Positions 37,912-47,000 of a stretch of DNA of 64,000 nucleotides are shown here, piece by piece. Position 1 is the stretch's first letter, and each line of letters starts with the position of its first letter. The DNA is from an uncultured Pseudomonadales bacterium (GTDB taxonomy: Bacteria; Patescibacteriota; Microgenomatia; UBA1400; PJMF01): the NCBI GenBank assembly GCA_964574595.1, contig CAZNOF010000001.1, positions 9,586 through 73,585 of the forward strand, read 5' to 3'. A program made the position numbers and the translations under genes. The notes under the pieces were generated by a model. That model was given only the letters and a program-made list of their open reading frames with translations. It did not search any database and had not been told where the DNA came from.

Positions 37912-38583
37912 TTACTCTACTTCGTAATTAAACGCCACTTCATTATTTGAGTAATCTGACTCAGTGACTTTTCTGTCAGGATTAATTTTTATGTGAACAA
38001 TATGGTGACCTTTGCCACTGTCTAAGTCAAAACCCCAACCCATTTCGTTCGTTCTTCCTGGGTCGATATTGTCATCAAGTAATCGGGTTGTTTCTTTCCC
38101 ATCAACTATTATGGTGACATTTAATTTGCCTCCGGCTACTGGGCCTGCATTCTTCACTTTCACCGAATTGATTCTTGGCTGTGTGGCAGTGGGAGATAAT
38201 TTTATTTCGTCATTCCATCTGTAGTTATAGTAGTTCCCCCCAGCAAACATATTTTCCTCATCAGTAAATACGAAGTCAGGCGCTGCAATTGGTGATGGTG
38301 ACACCGAGGGTGAGGGACTTACTTTTGGCGTAGGCTTAATAGTGGGTCGTGGCGTTGGTTTTGGTGAAGGAGTTGGCGATGGTATTGGGCTTGGGGTTGG
38401 AATGGGTGAGCCAACAGCTACCGGTGAGGGATTTGCCTGAGTGATTTCAGTTTCAGCGAGTTGTTCCCTTTGACTGGAATTTCTTCTGGTCTGAACTAAA
38501 ATCGTTCCGACTCCAATAAGTAGAAGTAGTGAAATTGCTGCGATAATTGCAGCTTTTTTTGTTTGAATGGATTTCATAGGCAC
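37912..38583 (-). CDS. secreted CARDB-like domain protein with Pro/Ser-rich linker (paralog B)
   Basis: TM anchor, SPIPTPSPIPSPTPSPKPTPRPTIKPTPK linker. C-terminal ...GHHIVHIKINPDRKVTESDYSNNEVAFNYEVE. Confidence 0.5.
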   Translation of the reverse strand: MPMKSIQTKKAAIIAAISLLLLIGVGTILVQTRRNSSQREQLAETEITQANPSPVAVGSPIPTPSPIPSPTPSPKPTPRPTIKPTPKVSPSPSVSPSPIAAPDFVFTDEENMFAGGNYYNYRWNDEIKLSPTATQPRINSVKVKNAGPVAGGKLNVTIIVDGKETTRLLDDNIDPGRTNEMGWGFDLDSGKGHHIVHIKINPDRKVTESDYSNNEVAFNYEVE

Positions 38584-38630
38584 CTATTCTACTCCAAACT
38601 TTGTAAATTGGATGTGATAAATGCTACTTC

Positions 38631-39491
38631 TTACAGGAATAAGAGTACTAATCCAGCCGTTACACCTAAAATACCAATCATCTTTTTGAGTGTTAACTCA
38701 TCTTTAAAGAGGAAAGCTGACATCAGAGTCAACAAAGAAATTGAAGCCGCATTTGTAGCATTTATAAATCCAACATTTGGAGCCAAGTTAAATCCAAGTT
38801 GCATAAAGTAGTTGAAACTTGCCCCAAAGATTCCGATCAGGAAAAGTGTGATGAGTTGCTGTTTTGAGACTGTTCTCCACTCAATTTTCTTGTGATGCAT
38901 TTCTCCCATGATGATCACTGAGACGATTGCCATCGACAGGGTTAATCTTGTCAAAATTGGTACTCCCATATTGAGAAGATACTTCGAGCTAAGGGCAAGT
39001 AACCCCCAACAAAAAAAAGCTGCCACTGTATATGGCAACCACAACTTATTTGAAGTTTCTCTGTCCATCTTTTTGTCGATCGTAATCAAGGCTGAGAACA
39101 GGACAATCAGAACTATGGAGATGACTGTTTTGAACGTTAATGGTGCTGAAAAAAGAAATACAGAAGCAATCGCCGTAAATACCACATAACTCTTGGAAAT
39201 AATCAGGCTGTATCCGGGATTTGGTGAGTACTCGATTCCTTTTAAAGAGAAGGCATTTCCTAAATAACTAAAGAAAATACTTTGAATAATTATGATGACG
39301 TAGGCAATTGGAGAAAGTACAAAATTTGTGGGGGTTTGGGCGGTCAAAACTAAGTAGACAACGAGTGGAATTAAGAACATTGCTAGATTATTCAGTTGCC
39401 TAGGCGTTTTGAGGGCATTGCTCTGCCGTACACACAGATATAAGGCAACCGAACTTACGAACATCAGTAGGCTGGCAATAATCCAATTCAT
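38631..39491 (-). CDS. DMT-superfamily (EamA-like) transporter
   Basis: 10 predicted TM helices in two repeated halves. Start moved to the internal Met MNWIIASLL because the 32 upstream ORF codons overlap tRNA-His. Confidence 0.6.
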   Translation of the reverse strand: MNWIIASLLMFVSSVALYLCVRQSNALKTPRQLNNLAMFLIPLVVYLVLTAQTPTNFVLSPIAYVIIIIQSIFFSYLGNAFSLKGIEYSPNPGYSLIISKSYVVFTAIASVFLFSAPLTFKTVISIVLIVLFSALITIDKKMDRETSNKLWLPYTVAAFFCWGLLALSSKYLLNMGVPILTRLTLSMAIVSVIIMGEMHHKKIEWRTVSKQQLITLFLIGIFGASFNYFMQLGFNLAPNVGFINATNAASISLLTLMSAFLFKDELTLKKMIGILGVTAGLVLLFL

Positions 39492-39509
39492 AGATATCAA
39501 ATCATTCCT

Positions 39510-39586
39510 GGGTGGATGACGGGACTCGAACCCGCGACCTCTGCTTTCACAGAGCAGCGCTCTAACCAACTGAGCTACAACCACCA
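39510..39586 (-). tRNA. tRNA-His (anticodon GTG) with encoded G-1
   Basis: Reverse complement GGTGGTTGTAGCTCAGTTGGTTAGAGC...CTGTGAA...GGTTCGAGTCC...CATCCACC. Extra 5' G pairs with discriminator C. Confidence 0.8.
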
Positions 39587-39629
39587 TTTTTGGCCAATGT
39601 ATTTGACCAGAAGGCTATTTTACTACACA

Positions 39630-39662
39630 AAACCCCTCTAGCCCAGCGGCCAGAGGGGTTTT
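39630..39662. terminator. intrinsic terminator (bidirectional)
   Basis: AAAA-CCCCTCT-AGCCCAGCGGCC-AGAGGGG-TTTT. Confidence 0.5.
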
Positions 39663-39675
39663 ACTCATTTTGCCG

Positions 39676-39885
39676 TTATTTTGTTGAACAGACTTTACAG
39701 TCCTTCATGTGTGTGGCTGCCACGTAAACAGCAGATACACCCACCAGAATATAGACCACCTTCTCAAGAGCTGGCATAAAGCCAACCAATGCAGTTACCA
39801 GGTTGAAGTTGAGCAAACCAACGAGGCCCCAATTCAAACCGCCAACTACCAAAAGCAAGAAAGCTACCATATGAAGTAATTTCAT
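39676..39885 (-). CDS. DUF378-like small membrane protein
   Basis: 69 aa, two TM helices, GGLNWGLVG signature. Confidence 0.55.
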   Translation of the reverse strand: MKLLHMVAFLLLVVGGLNWGLVGLLNFNLVTALVGFMPALEKVVYILVGVSAVYVAATHMKDCKVCSTK

Positions 39886-39974
39886 TCACCCTCCTTAAAC
39901 TAAACTGTTAATAACCTTACATATAACTGTAGAAGTTATTCAAAAGAGGTGCAATGTGCGATAGAAGCGTATTT

Positions 39975-40406
39975 TTACTCTTGTGGAGTCTCAGCTTTGT
40001 GAGCTAAGGAATGTAAAATGAGATCTAATTTATCATTTAATTCGTCAAATTTTTGATTCAACTCAGTCAAATCAAGCTTTGGGGCTGCCTGAGGCATCTC
40101 TCGTCTTGGGGTATATGCTGGTCTATCAAATCTTGGTCGATCAGATTGTGGTCTGTCGTAACTATTTCTGCGTGGTGCTCGACTAAAGTCACCATTGTCT
40201 CGATCTTTTTCGACACTTTCAAAACAGTCACTACAGTAAATTGGTTTACCACTGGTTGGTTTAAAAGGAACTCGGCAGTTCTTGCCACAGTTCACACAAA
40301 CGGCGTCAAACATTTCTCTGTCACCGCCACCGTTACCACCGCGACCACTTGAGGATCTGTGTCCTCTACTACCACCAAAGTTGTTACTTCTCTGAAAATC
40401 TTGCAT
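39975..40406 (-). CDS. RG/RGG-rich protein with CxxC-x17-CxxC zinc ribbon
   Basis: GGSRGHRSSSGRGGNGGGDRE, then CVNCGKNCRVPFKPTSGKPIYCSDC, then Arg/Asp/Pro-rich repeats. Confidence 0.5.
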   Translation of the reverse strand: MQDFQRSNNFGGSRGHRSSSGRGGNGGGDREMFDAVCVNCGKNCRVPFKPTSGKPIYCSDCFESVEKDRDNGDFSRAPRRNSYDRPQSDRPRFDRPAYTPRREMPQAAPKLDLTELNQKFDELNDKLDLILHSLAHKAETPQE

Positions 40407-40591
40407 GTATTACCATTCTTGCGCTATTTTACGCCTGGTGAATTATAACAGGTTCTCAAGAAAAATGCGGATGAGACAATATTTCTGATGATATAATCTT
40501 TGGCGTCTTGTGATTTCGCAGCTTTACTCGACAACAGTCTGGTTTGCGTTTCGTTTTGACAGATCTTTAATAGTTCAAAGGAGTTTAGAAA

Positions 40592-41995
40592 TTGCCTCAC
40601 AGAATTATCATTGTAGGCGGAGGAATATCGGCGCTGCTGTGTGCAGTTAAGCTAGTTGAGAACTCACCCACACTCAAAGTCACACTCATCAACCGTGCCA
40701 GATTTGGCACCGCGGATGACGACGGCTATGAACCAGAACAGTGGAATCACACGCATGTGCTATCGGCCAAGGGGCTTGAAATGCTCTATGGCTGGATTCC
40801 GGGTAGTTACGAGTATCTAAACGACTGGAATGCACCGATTCTGGCTTGGGGCACGCCGGATGTAGATATCTCGTTTCCGAAAGGAAAGCTGACCAAGAAA
40901 CATCCACTAGGCGTCGTCACCCGGAGCATGACACGCAACTTACTTGAGCGAATCATTCGGAACCATGTGATTCGAGTTGGCATCGACACTGGCCAAATTG
41001 AATTTGTGGAACGTGTAGACGTGACAGGCCTGCTGCGTGAAGGGGATTCGGTGGTAGGTGTAAAAGTAACACCACGGTCTGGCGCCAAAATTCCTAATTG
41101 GTTTGAAGGATCTTCTACAGAAGGCTGGCATGCTTCGGCTCATGAAGTCATCCTCGCTGCCGGGTCAGGTACTCGGTGGTATGACTGGCTAAGAGAAGTT
41201 AACGCCGAAGTTCCACCCGCGCTTGAAGTTGATGCCCGCATGTCATACATGAGTGCGGATTTTGAAGATGTGCCGTTACCCGTTGAAGACGACCAAGAAG
41301 CCAAGATGTTTGCTACCGGCGATAAATTTGATCGGGCGATGGTCATCGCTAAAGTTGAAGGCCATGGTATCTATCGAGTCACCATGTTCGTCTACAACCT
41401 TGATGAGCTGCCAAGCACAGAAACCGAGTTCATCAACTTGGCTACCACAATTAGTCCAGAGGGTGCTAGCTACTTAGCTAGGGGCAGGATGATTAGCAAA
41501 GTACATAAGTATCAAAAGTGCGAAAGCCGGATGCACCAAGTTTGGCTGGTGAAAAATTGGTTAAAGCATCTTTACCTGCTCGGTGACTCGCTAGCTAAGT
41601 TCAATCCGAAGTTTGGGCAAGGTATTACCCTGTCAATGTTAGAAATTGAACTGCTGGCTAGAGAGCTGATGTACGGCTCTTCTCATACCTACAACAAGAA
41701 AGTTCAGAAGCTACTCTCTTTCCCGTGGACGATGGTTTCATCTGCGGATTATGAGATGAAACGTAGTTACGGTGACACTGACGTGCCGCCTGAGACCGCC
41801 TTCAGCAAGCTGATGGGCAGATATTCTGGACACTTACTGAGTATTGCCGGCAGAGACGAAAATTGGCCAGTGGCAAGAGCCTTCTTTCAGGTCTCGAATT
41901 TCATGTCTGGTCCTGAAGCCATGCTAGACCCACGAGTCCTGTACATTGCCGCTCGAGAAAAGTTGGCGCCGAAGGAGCAGTACGTTCAATTCTAA
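40592..41995 (+). CDS. FAD-dependent oxidoreductase/monooxygenase-like
   Basis: N-terminal Rossmann IIIVGGGISALLCA. TTG start with AAAGGAG SD. GC content looks ~50% versus ~41% in flanks. Confidence 0.6.
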   Translation: MPHRIIIVGGGISALLCAVKLVENSPTLKVTLINRARFGTADDDGYEPEQWNHTHVLSAKGLEMLYGWIPGSYEYLNDWNAPILAWGTPDVDISFPKGKLTKKHPLGVVTRSMTRNLLERIIRNHVIRVGIDTGQIEFVERVDVTGLLREGDSVVGVKVTPRSGAKIPNWFEGSSTEGWHASAHEVILAAGSGTRWYDWLREVNAEVPPALEVDARMSYMSADFEDVPLPVEDDQEAKMFATGDKFDRAMVIAKVEGHGIYRVTMFVYNLDELPSTETEFINLATTISPEGASYLARGRMISKVHKYQKCESRMHQVWLVKNWLKHLYLLGDSLAKFNPKFGQGITLSMLEIELLARELMYGSSHTYNKKVQKLLSFPWTMVSSADYEMKRSYGDTDVPPETAFSKLMGRYSGHLLSIAGRDENWPVARAFFQVSNFMSGPEAMLDPRVLYIAAREKLAPKEQYVQF

Positions 41996-42024
41996 ATTCT
42001 GACCTACATTGAACATTAAACCAA

Positions 42025-42056
42025 ACACCCCGATTGAGACCGGGGTGTTTTTATTT
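42025..42056 (+). terminator. intrinsic terminator
   Basis: ACACCCCG-ATTGAGAC-CGGGGTGT-TTTTATTT. Confidence 0.6.
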
Positions 42057-42088
42057 GGAATACTTCTAATAATGATACAATTTCGGCT

Positions 42089-42805
42089 ATGAAGAGTATT
42101 TATAGTATTGGAACATTGCAACGAATCCTCGATCACTGGGGCGTGGGAAAAATCTTTGATGCTACGTACTTCAGTTTTGAAGGACGAGCAATTTGGCGCC
42201 AGTGGATTGAAACAAACCAAGGCGAATTTGAACTGTACTCATATCCAGATGCTTCTGACCCGTATTATGAAAAGAGGTTGACTGAATATTTTGAAACGCA
42301 TCGAGGTCAAATTAACCCAAAATTAGTTCACAGTTTTGACCGATATCACAAGCTTGTGAGGATGAGTACCAAACAGCAAATTTCAGCTAAGCAAGCAATG
42401 ACCGAATTTGAAGCCTTAAAAACACTGTCGATCGTCAAGGCGTTTAGAGTGTATGGATCAATTATTCAAATTCAATTTTCTAAAGATGCTGTCATTTCAT
42501 CTTACGCACATTGGGTTTTGCAAAAAAATACTGACGCAAAAACAGAAATTCTTGTTGACTCTTGGACTGCTTCAATAGAGGAAATGGATGCAGCGATGAC
42601 CGAATTTGAGAATAGCCAAGCACCATTTGAGAAGGCAGTAATTAGCGCTGACCAAGTAGAACTTTTTTTCTCTAAAAAGTATTTGCTTGTTCTTCAAAAA
42701 GAATCAACATTCCCTGCCATGACTCTTCATATTGATGGGCGTCAAAATTGGATGAATATTTTTGACGAGCGAAAAATCTTTTATAAAAAAGATCTTATCT
42801 CCTGA
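42089..42805 (+). CDS. hypothetical protein
   Basis: 238-aa ORF. No family recognised. Confidence 0.45.
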   Translation: MKSIYSIGTLQRILDHWGVGKIFDATYFSFEGRAIWRQWIETNQGEFELYSYPDASDPYYEKRLTEYFETHRGQINPKLVHSFDRYHKLVRMSTKQQISAKQAMTEFEALKTLSIVKAFRVYGSIIQIQFSKDAVISSYAHWVLQKNTDAKTEILVDSWTASIEEMDAAMTEFENSQAPFEKAVISADQVELFFSKKYLLVLQKESTFPAMTLHIDGRQNWMNIFDERKIFYKKDLIS

Positions 42806-44045
42806 ATAAATTTCTGAATGAGTCGATCAATCTTTGGAAGAAATTACCGTTACTCCCAGGTGTTGGGTTTGGCAATGAATTACTGCCCGGAACTGTACTG
42901 GCTTTAGGAGTAGCTTGAATACAAGCTGCTGAATTGGATTCAACCACATAACCACGGTCAGTATCTGATTGACCACAGCCGATATTTAAACTCCAGCGAG
43001 AGCAAATGTTTCCTAGTCCAAGCGTAATTGATTGTTGTGGTGCTAACACCTTACTTCCACTTTGATTCAAGTTGGTCTTGCTGAAGGTGTTCAGTGACCA
43101 ATTAAATTGTTGTGCAGAACTGCCAGTGTTTTGAACTTGGAACATACCAGTTGTTGTCCATTTTGTAGAGTCTGGATAAGGCACAACTTTAAAGTTTTTC
43201 ATAGCACATTGAATTTGTGTAGACGGAATGGTTGGACTTGGTTTCACTACAACTGGACTTGGTGTTGGTCTCATACTTACTACGGGTGTTGGACTAGCAA
43301 CTGGTCGGGTTGATGGACTTACAGATGGAGTGACCACCACAATTGGGCTAGCAACTGGAGAGACTCTTGGTGAGGCTATTGGCGAAGCAATTGGTGAAGC
43401 CACTGGTGTTGGCGTTGGAACTACAACCACTGGGCTGGCGATTGGAGAAGCTACGGTCGTGGGAGACGGTGATGGAGATGCTGGATTTGCAAAAGTGAAA
43501 ACAGCCGTAGGTGTAACTCCCAGCAAATTCTGACCAGTCACACTCTGCAAAATCTTAGAATAGTTCTCATCAACAGCAATGCTCATGGTTCCGGAAGCAG
43601 GCACCGTGAATCGCAATGTAGCGAGTGGGACGACTGCATTGTTAGGGTTAAAGGGTGTTTGTGGATCTTTTGTAATAAAGGCTAAAGTGAGTTTTTTGCC
43701 GCCATTGGCATCGACAATTGTTGAAGCCACAGAATTCAATGCAGAAAAAGTTTGAGGTTCAACTGTGATCGCCGGTACATTGCCAGAAATGTTGGCAATT
43801 AATTGAAAGCCATCCACGTTGGAGGCTCCGGTGCCACTTGCACTAATAGTGATAGCTTCAACAGTCCCAGGTTTCAATGTAGTTCCAGATTGACTCTGAA
43901 AAGTGAACTGAGCTGTCCCTGTTAACGTTGAAGCTTGCTGCCTCAGATCAAAATTATTTTTTAAAAAGTAAGCGCCCAGCATGGTGGCGGCAACCATGAC
44001 AATCAACGAAAGTGCTGTGAGTTTTTGACGATATGTTGTGTTCAT
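42795..44045 (-). CDS. secreted protein with Pro/Ser/Val-rich linker
   Basis: Signal/anchor helix. ~60-aa SP(I/V)ASP repeat linker. Cys-containing C-terminal domain. Confidence 0.55.
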   Translation of the reverse strand: MNTTYRQKLTALSLIVMVAATMLGAYFLKNNFDLRQQASTLTGTAQFTFQSQSGTTLKPGTVEAITISASGTGASNVDGFQLIANISGNVPAITVEPQTFSALNSVASTIVDANGGKKLTLAFITKDPQTPFNPNNAVVPLATLRFTVPASGTMSIAVDENYSKILQSVTGQNLLGVTPTAVFTFANPASPSPSPTTVASPIASPVVVVPTPTPVASPIASPIASPRVSPVASPIVVVTPSVSPSTRPVASPTPVVSMRPTPSPVVVKPSPTIPSTQIQCAMKNFKVVPYPDSTKWTTTGMFQVQNTGSSAQQFNWSLNTFSKTNLNQSGSKVLAPQQSITLGLGNICSRWSLNIGCGQSDTDRGYVVESNSAACIQATPKASTVPGSNSLPNPTPGSNGNFFQRLIDSFRNLFRR

Positions 44046-44092
44046 GGTCGTTTCTTCTTTCTCTACTTCTTGTACCTACTGTATCTCGGACT

Positions 44093-47000
44093 TTAATACT
44101 CAATTTGAGATGGATCAGTGACAATGATTTCTGGATCTTTGCCTTCTGGCCAATACAAACTGACTTTACCCGTGACAGAAATTTTCTTGCCTTTTAATGA
44201 TAGCGGATCATATAAGAATTTAGAGCTGTCTTTAGCAAATACACGGATCAAAAGATGACCATCATGTGGATCTGTAAATGCTAAGTAAATACCCTTTGGC
44301 ATATGGTTTACAGCTGATTTGATCACTCCAGTAACTTTTACGGTTTTACCAATATGTTTTAATGCCTCGGTATGAGAAATGACTTTTGGTGCCTCCGTGG
44401 TCACGCCTAAAACCTTTGCTGATTGAGTCTCCGGAGTAACTGCTTGACTCGTTGCTCCAGGGTTGCCGTTTTCTAAGACTACCAGTCCCCCATCGTTAGC
44501 TTTGACGAGTACCATGCCATCACTGACGACTGCAAATGGTCTTGATCCGTCATTGTGATCATTGTGATATTCGTAGAATCCGGCTGGATAACCTCTCTGG
44601 TCTCCATATGAGTACAAGCCTGCACTGCAATATCTTGTTGTACTGTTAAATTGACAGTTTGATGGACCATATGAGTTTGAATTTCCGCCTGGGAAAAGTT
44701 GTGGGTTACAACCACTGTCACTTGCTGGACAATAGACCTGTCTCCAAATCACGAATGGAGCGTCCACTGTTTTAATTGGATTGGCAATCGTGGCACCTAA
44801 TCCTGCACTGCGATCGACGATTTGTTCAGCTGTATTCACAAGCCAATGGCTATGGAAAATAATGTCATTAGACATACTCAGATCAACCATTTCATCAGTT
44901 TGAATATCTGGATTTCTGACGAATCGCACATCTCCGGCTTGGTATCCACTCACAGTTGTATTATCTAGAACCATCTCACCCATGTTAGCGTCTTCTCTTC
45001 CATCACACCACCCAGTGCCACAAGCTTGTTTATTTCTCCAAATGATATATGCCACTTCTTTGCCGTCAGGGGTGACTCGAATCACAGGTTGTGGACCCAT
45101 TGGTAAGAAGCCGCCATCACCTTCTGCACCATTTCCGACTAAAGGTGTAAATGCACTCTTTCCATCATCTAACTTAAGGGCAAATAAGGCTTGTTGATCG
45201 GGTTTACCAGTTAGATTGGCACGAATATCGGCCAAGTTGTCTGGGAATGGATTCCATGTCCAGATGGTATCCCAATCTAATCTGTAACGAATGAAGACAA
45301 TTCCATGACCCTCGGCAATTACTGGCCAGCCATCCTCGGCTTGAGCACCAGTGCTGTTTGGGTCTCCAGGTTGATAGTTGCGGGACGTTGGTTTCGTCTT
45401 CCATTTTTCGATACCAGTGTTGGCATCTAAAGCGTGAACATTCAAATCCCGTGTGACAACAATGAGTGAGTTCTTGCTGGTAGAGTAAGAAAGCGGCGTT
45501 GCTCCAGGAGAATTAGTAGCATACTCCCAAGTTTTGGTCATACTGCCTGTATCAATTGCGTCAATCACACCAGTCGCTCCAATTACATACAGTTTGGAGT
45601 TCACCAGTGTTGGAGCTAAGTTAAGAGCCGCTGGTGCTTTAAATGTACCCGCAACTGCTCCAGTGGCGGCATTTAATTTATAGACATTACTATCGCCTGA
45701 CGTGACATAGAGGAACTCACCCGAGTACGCCGGTGTTGAAGACAACGTTCCGATTGAACCTTTTTGCCAGAGCACATTGCCATTTGCTTTGTTTAGAGCA
45801 AAGACCTGATCTCCAGCAACCATATAGACTCTGCCTCCGCCGGTAATTGGTTGTACGTATTCAGGAACAGTGATGTGGTTTGCTTGTTTCTTGCCATTCG
45901 CATCTGCACCATTCCACTCCCATTTAAACTTCCATGGTGTTGGAACTGACTGAACAGTGTAGTTCGTGTGTTGTGGATTTTGACCAAATTGTGTCCACTC
46001 CCCTGCCTGCGCTGCTGGAATGGTTGTAGCAACTGGTGATGGTGATGTTACGACCACAGGAGTAGGTGTAGGTGAAGCTACTGGAGATGGAGATGCTTTT
46101 GGTGTTGGCGTTGGTGACAGTTTAATAACTGGACACGTCTTGAACATAGATCTTGTCAGAATAAAGTAGTCACTGAGATCAGCAATGTTCTTTGGATCTT
46201 TGTCGATGTTGGATCGAGGATTGGAAAGAGTATCTTTCAAATAGTCTTTGACTAGTGCCTGGTAGTCAGATATATCCACCAAACCATTTCCGTCAATATC
46301 AGCATCACATGTGCCCGCTGCCGCGGTAGGAGACGGAGACACTGCTGGTGATGGCGAAGGACTTGGTGAAGGGATTGGAGAGACGCTTGGTGTTGGATTT
46401 GGTGCAGTATATGAAGAGTTGCGAATCTTTAAGGCCACATCCTTCGTTAAATTTGAAACTGTTGCTGTTAAGTTGCCATCAGCACCAACCGTGACATTGG
46501 CTTGGGAGGTTGCACCAGTGGTGGTGTTCCAAGTTTCAACTGTGTATGCCCCTGCTGCCATGCCAGGAATCGTAAAAGTTCCGTTAATTGCTGTCGGTGT
46601 TCCACTGTTTTGCCACCTTGAATCTTTGTGCTGAACCCATGCATAAGCATGCTGGTTATTTGCTGCCTTCATTAAGAGGACGCGCATTTTGGCATTGCTA
46701 GCTGAGATAGTTTGATTTGAGAAAAGGTTTATGTCTGCCGTAGATAAGAAGGTAAATTGAGCAGCGTCATAATCGATGTCTTTAAAGAAATTGCTTGCCA
46801 CTTTGCGATCCGCATATTTCTGTGCCAAGTAGTTTTGTTGTTGGAAGAACCAGTCAATTGGTGATGATCCAGCAACTGAGAATAAGCCTGCCCAAAGCCC
46901 ATTGTGTGCAACGAGTGGGTTTGGTGTACCAGGGTCATTCCAATCTGGTCCACTTGAATCAAACTCACCCCAATAGATAGGCTTTTGTGCGCCTGTCCAT

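Noticed and set aside
39492-39587. N-terminal 32 codons of ORF 38631-39587 (MVVVAQLVRALLCESRGRGFESRH...)
   Set aside because: This segment is the antisense-frame translation of the tRNA-His gene (note the telltale GFESR of the T-arm). The CDS was started at the internal Met instead.
43228-43533. 101-aa plus-strand ORF within the 42795-44045 secreted protein gene
   Set aside because: It is the reverse strand of the Pro/Ser/Val linker region (GGT/GTT-rich antisense of SPIASP repeats), i.e. a shadow ORF.
46311-46634. 107-aa plus-strand ORF within the 44093-48361 giant gene
   Set aside because: It is the reverse strand of the Pro/Ser linker coding segment of the giant gene (antisense of SPSPSP repeats), i.e. 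a shadow ORF.
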